From Marsupella aquatica (lineage: Eukaryota; Plantae; Marchantiophyta): 64,000 nucleotides of DNA. Location of the stretch: the NCBI GenBank assembly GCA_973895155.1, contig OZ316898.1, positions 12,365,659 to 12,429,658 of the forward strand. The letters are read 5' to 3'. Under the pieces are notes generated by a model. The model was not told where the DNA came from, ran no database searches, and worked only from the letters and a program-made list of their open reading frames with translations. This document shows, one piece after another, positions 60,201-64,000 of this stretch. Every line of letters starts with the position of its first letter. The stretch's first letter is position 1. A program made the translations under genes and the position numbers.

Positions 60201-61479
60201 TGCCCTCCCTGTTGTGCTCTGTCCGGGCACGGGGGCGTTGGGTTGAGGCGGAAGCCGGGCCCTTTGTTGTGTCGGTGTGATTGGGCTGCTGCCCTGCTGG
60301 ATGTTGCCTTCTTGGCCTTGCTGCCTGTTTGTGCGCCCTTCCCGTGGGGCTTTTTGCGGGGGAACAAATTTATAAAATGGCTACCATTCAATGAAAGTGA
60401 AGTTCAATCATGGGGCCTCATTGCATATGATGTCCATCCAATGGGTTGGGGGGGGGGGGGTAGGACATCCATGTGCAGCAGTATGCTATTTTGGGTGCTA
60501 CATATGGAGTAGAAAATTTCTGGCATATGACCAAAGCTCTCGTTGGTCAGGACATGGTTAGATTAAAAGCTCTAAAGGAGATTAGCAATTCACTTCACAA
60601 ACAAGAGCAAGGAGAGTGCTCAAGGTCAACCCTTTAAGCAACAACAAATTCACCTTCTATACTAATTGTTGTTCTAGCCCAAATACCTGTGCGTAGGGCT
60701 CCCTGTCAAATACTTCCCATGACCTTGCTTAAATATCAAGAATTCCTGTAACCAGATGCCTATGGTTTCACTCCATGGAGTAATGCATGATTCATAATAG
60801 ACTTAAACTCACTAATAGAATTGAATCACAAGTTACAACACAGATTTTAAATAACTTTTTTAGGCCTAGCTCTTCAGAATCTTAAAAGTGTAACTCGTTA
60901 TCAAAACTTATGGTCTAGTGTGAAGCCTTCAGACGGTGAGTCTGGTGTGGTGGCAAGTTTTGGGGTGAGGGAGCAGGAGAGGAAAGTAATCATGGGTCTC
61001 AGCAAAGCTTGGGCAGTCAGGCTAGTAAGTCATGACAAATGGACTTCAATCACAAGTTATCATATGAACTTACATACTATTTTTAGGCCTCACTCTAAAG
61101 AATCTAACTCACATTTGCAAACTAAGTTTAGCATTATAACATTACTAGGGTTCACTCTATGAATCTAAGTAAAACTGTGGCAATCAAAGTGTGTATCGTG
61201 TAGAGTAAAGCTTCTAGACCATGACTTGCTCATGCTGGTACTAAGATGATAAGGTCCATAGTGCGGGAACGGGTGAGGCCAACCATGGGCTTGAGCCTGC
61301 TTGAGCAAAAAGCTGGGGCAACCAGGCTAGCAAGTCATGAACAACAATTATCGATCTGGAGTGAAAATAGACATTATATGCAACATTACTTTATGGAGGT
61401 AACATAGAGTGAAAATGGACTTTAGATACAACACATTATTATTTTATGGAGGGAACATAGAGCCGCGAGTCGTCTGTGT

Positions 61480-62080
61480 TTTGTAGCATGCCCAAGGCAT
61501 CCCAGCCTGGCACTCACCAGGCTTGGAACGGAGAGTCAAGGGCCAGCCGGGGCAGAGAGTGCAGGGCATGGCATGGGCAGCTCATCAGGTCCATAAGAGT
61601 CAAGGGCGGGGCAGGGTAGGGTAGCTAAGGGCAGCCCACCGGGCAGTCCCTCCCGCAATCCGGGCCCGGAGCTACTGTAGGGTCCGGAGTAGCGAGGTGC
61701 GGGCAGCAGCGCACTGTTGGCTTGGGCAGGGTACCGTAAAAGGGAGAGCCGAGGAGCGAAGAAACCGGGAACTCGGGCAGCTCATCGGGTTCTGTTGAGT
61801 CAAGGCCAGCCCCGGGCAGGGTAGCGAAGGGCACGGCACCGGGCAGTCCCTCCCGCCCGTAGCCACCGTAGTGAAGGGAAGTCGGGCAAGGTCCGGGCAG
61901 CAGCGCATGCGATCACGGGCAGGGTACGGTAAAAGGCAGAGCCGAGCAGCGAAGAAACCGGGCTCTCGGGCAGGGTCAGGTATTATCCGAGTGCGGGCAG
62001 TCCGGGCAGTCCGGGCAGTTTGAGCAGGGTGATGGACAGGACAGCACAGCACTGCACAGCACAGCACTGCAGAGCACAGT
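61480..62080. repeat. GC-rich GGGCAG-based repeats with an internal ~200-bp diverged duplication, followed by (ACAGC)n
   Basis: CACCGGGCAGTCCCTCCCGC...GGGCAGCAGCGCA...GGGCAGGGTAC..TAAAAGG.AGAGCCGAG.AGCGAAGAAACCGGG at ~61637 and ~61838. Confidence 0.7.
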
Positions 62081-64000
62081 AGTAGGAGCATCGAGAGAAT
62101 TGACTGCGGCGCAAAAGCGGAAGGAAGTTAGTTCTTTTGAAGGCATCCGACTTAAATACATTCAAAGCCGGAGCAGTTTCGAGAAACCGATCACTCCCTT
62201 TGTGTCACCATCGCTCACGGTTTCCCACCCATACATTTCCAGAGAGCGAGCTGGAGCTGGCTGGTTGTATCGGTGGAACCACCAGATTGGGAATGCGAGC
62301 AAGCAAGCAAGCAAGCAAGCTATCTCTCTATCCGAATTCTACTGCTATGCTGTACTTGTTGCCAGCTGCGTCCATCCTTGCCTGCGCTCGTGCTAGCAGC
62401 AAGCGCCGGGGAAAGTAGCAATCACGAGTGACGGAATGAGCAGGAGTGGTGCGGTGCCCCCTATAATAGACAGAAAGAGAGGGCGATCGAGGCAGGCAGG
62501 GCAATTGGGCATTCGTTGAGGCACACGAATGCCAGCCTTTTGCCCCGGGGGATGTATAGAGACTGAGAGGCGTTAAGTTCGAGAAGCCGCTGAGACACAT
62601 CTGCACGTGTTTAAGGACTTGAGCTATCGTTCATCGATCAGGTCATGCATTTTCTCGCTCGCTCGCTCGCTCGATGGATCGTTCACCTCTCTACTACTAG
62701 TTTCGTAGCTCGGAATTGCGTTGATTGGCATGGATCCGGAGCTGTGTCCCGGGGATGATCATTTGAGAAGCGGTGTTCGTCGCTCTTCGTCTTCGTCTGC
62801 GGATTTCAGCTAGTGTTCTCTGCGAGGAAGTGCATTTGTGCTCGGGTTTCGTGGGTGACAGCTGCTGCGGCTGTTGTATGCGCGAACAGTACAGGAGCGA
62901 CGGAGGGTTGCGGAGTAGTTAGACATACTCTACAGGTGCGCGAGGTTTTGGACTCCGGGTTTGGAAAACTCGTCGTTTCGGGACGAGTATCTGAGCATTG
63001 GATGAATGATCGGTGCACTTGGGAAGGCGTGGTAGAACTTCGAGGCTCTACATTTTTCTGAAATTGGGTGCAAGCTCGCCGCCACCAGACTGAGGCGAAG
63101 GGTATGGATGAGAATGGGCTTTGGTGACGGCATTTTATTTTGCGTTCGGGTCGGTGAACTCTTTCGTAGTGTGTGGTGTCTCTCAATGAGTGTTAAGAGT
63201 GTTGCCATTCGATGATGGATCGGATCGATGACCGGATAGCAATGCGTAGTCTGTGTATGAGTAGCTAATGCTCTGCGGCTCAATTTTGCCAGTTGCCAAC
63301 GAGCATATCTACGGTCTCCAGTACGTGCAAGATTATTGCGGAACGTATGTGGAGAGAAGTGTGAGAGTCTGACGGTCACGGTTTGTACTTTGTGTCATCA
63401 ATGCCACAATGACTGACACACTTTCGTGCACATTGTTCATGACTTGAACCTCAGAGCTTGAATCTTTACGAAAGCTGCACGAAATTTAGAGTTGCTGACT
63501 ACCTCTCTCTCGATCACTCGTGTTGAATGTGCATTGCTACTGGAAATGCCTTCAATGCTTGGCTGGCTCCTTGCACGATGTGCCATCGCATTGATCATCG
63601 TTACGCTGTGTTCCACCACACTGTCTAATTCTTCGTCGAGATGTCTGAAGTTTGGGGACCTTTGCAAAGTTACATCGGGGCTTCGTTTGGATCGAGCGAC
63701 TTCTCCGTCTATCTCGCCGATGCATTAGATTTCGTAGGAAGGCTATTCTCTTGTCGTCTTATAACTTTTATAAGGTCTGATTTTCTCTTCTCTGCGAACG
63801 TGGAGCAGGTTGTGTTTACTTCATCCGGGATTGAAGGCGGCATTTAATAATCAACGGGGGTGATATCTCTCTTGTTCGAAACATGGCCCCACAGAAGCCT
63901 GAGGGCGAGGCGGAGGAGGGTCCCGTTGGGACTTACCTGGAGATGCAAGAGCAGAACCAGAAAATTGAACAGCTGGAAGGGGATGCTCCGTCTGTCGGCG

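Noticed and set aside
60030-60378. GT-rich tract ending in AAATTTATAAAA, resembling a LINE 3' end
   Set aside because: No ORF remnant, clear poly(A) or TSD.
63437-63667. 76-aa minus-strand ORF as the last exon of a gene
   Set aside because: No recognisable domain, and no convincing in-frame acceptor links it to the donor at ~63936.

Overview
This is a repeat-rich eukaryotic nuclear window, most consistent with a non-seed land plant (bryophyte/liverwort-like; inferred from gene content and intron style). It holds two host genes: an intronless F-box gene (8143-9603, +) and a 10-exon DUF3445/heme-dependent oxidative N-demethylase-like gene with a transit-peptide-like N-terminus (10782-15072, -). 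The rest is largely mobile DNA: two RLE-type (CRE-like) LINE copies, an L1 nested in a PIF/Harbinger-type element, Copia-type LTR fragments, a solo LTR, MITEs, a SINE-like element and minisatellites. The main discovery is an ~11 kb DNA transposon (20892-31939) with perfect 15-bp TIRs and a perfect 8-bp TSD. It encodes a ~1490-aa P-element-like DDE transposase that lacks a recognisable THAP domain and is interrupted by a MITE of its own family. It also carries a stand-alone EDM2-like composite PHD-finger gene, a small Cys-rich ORF, a tandem-repeat array, a mascRNA-like tRNA mimic just after the transposase stop codon, and a long hairpin. Family assignments come from motif recognition by eye, not from database searches.
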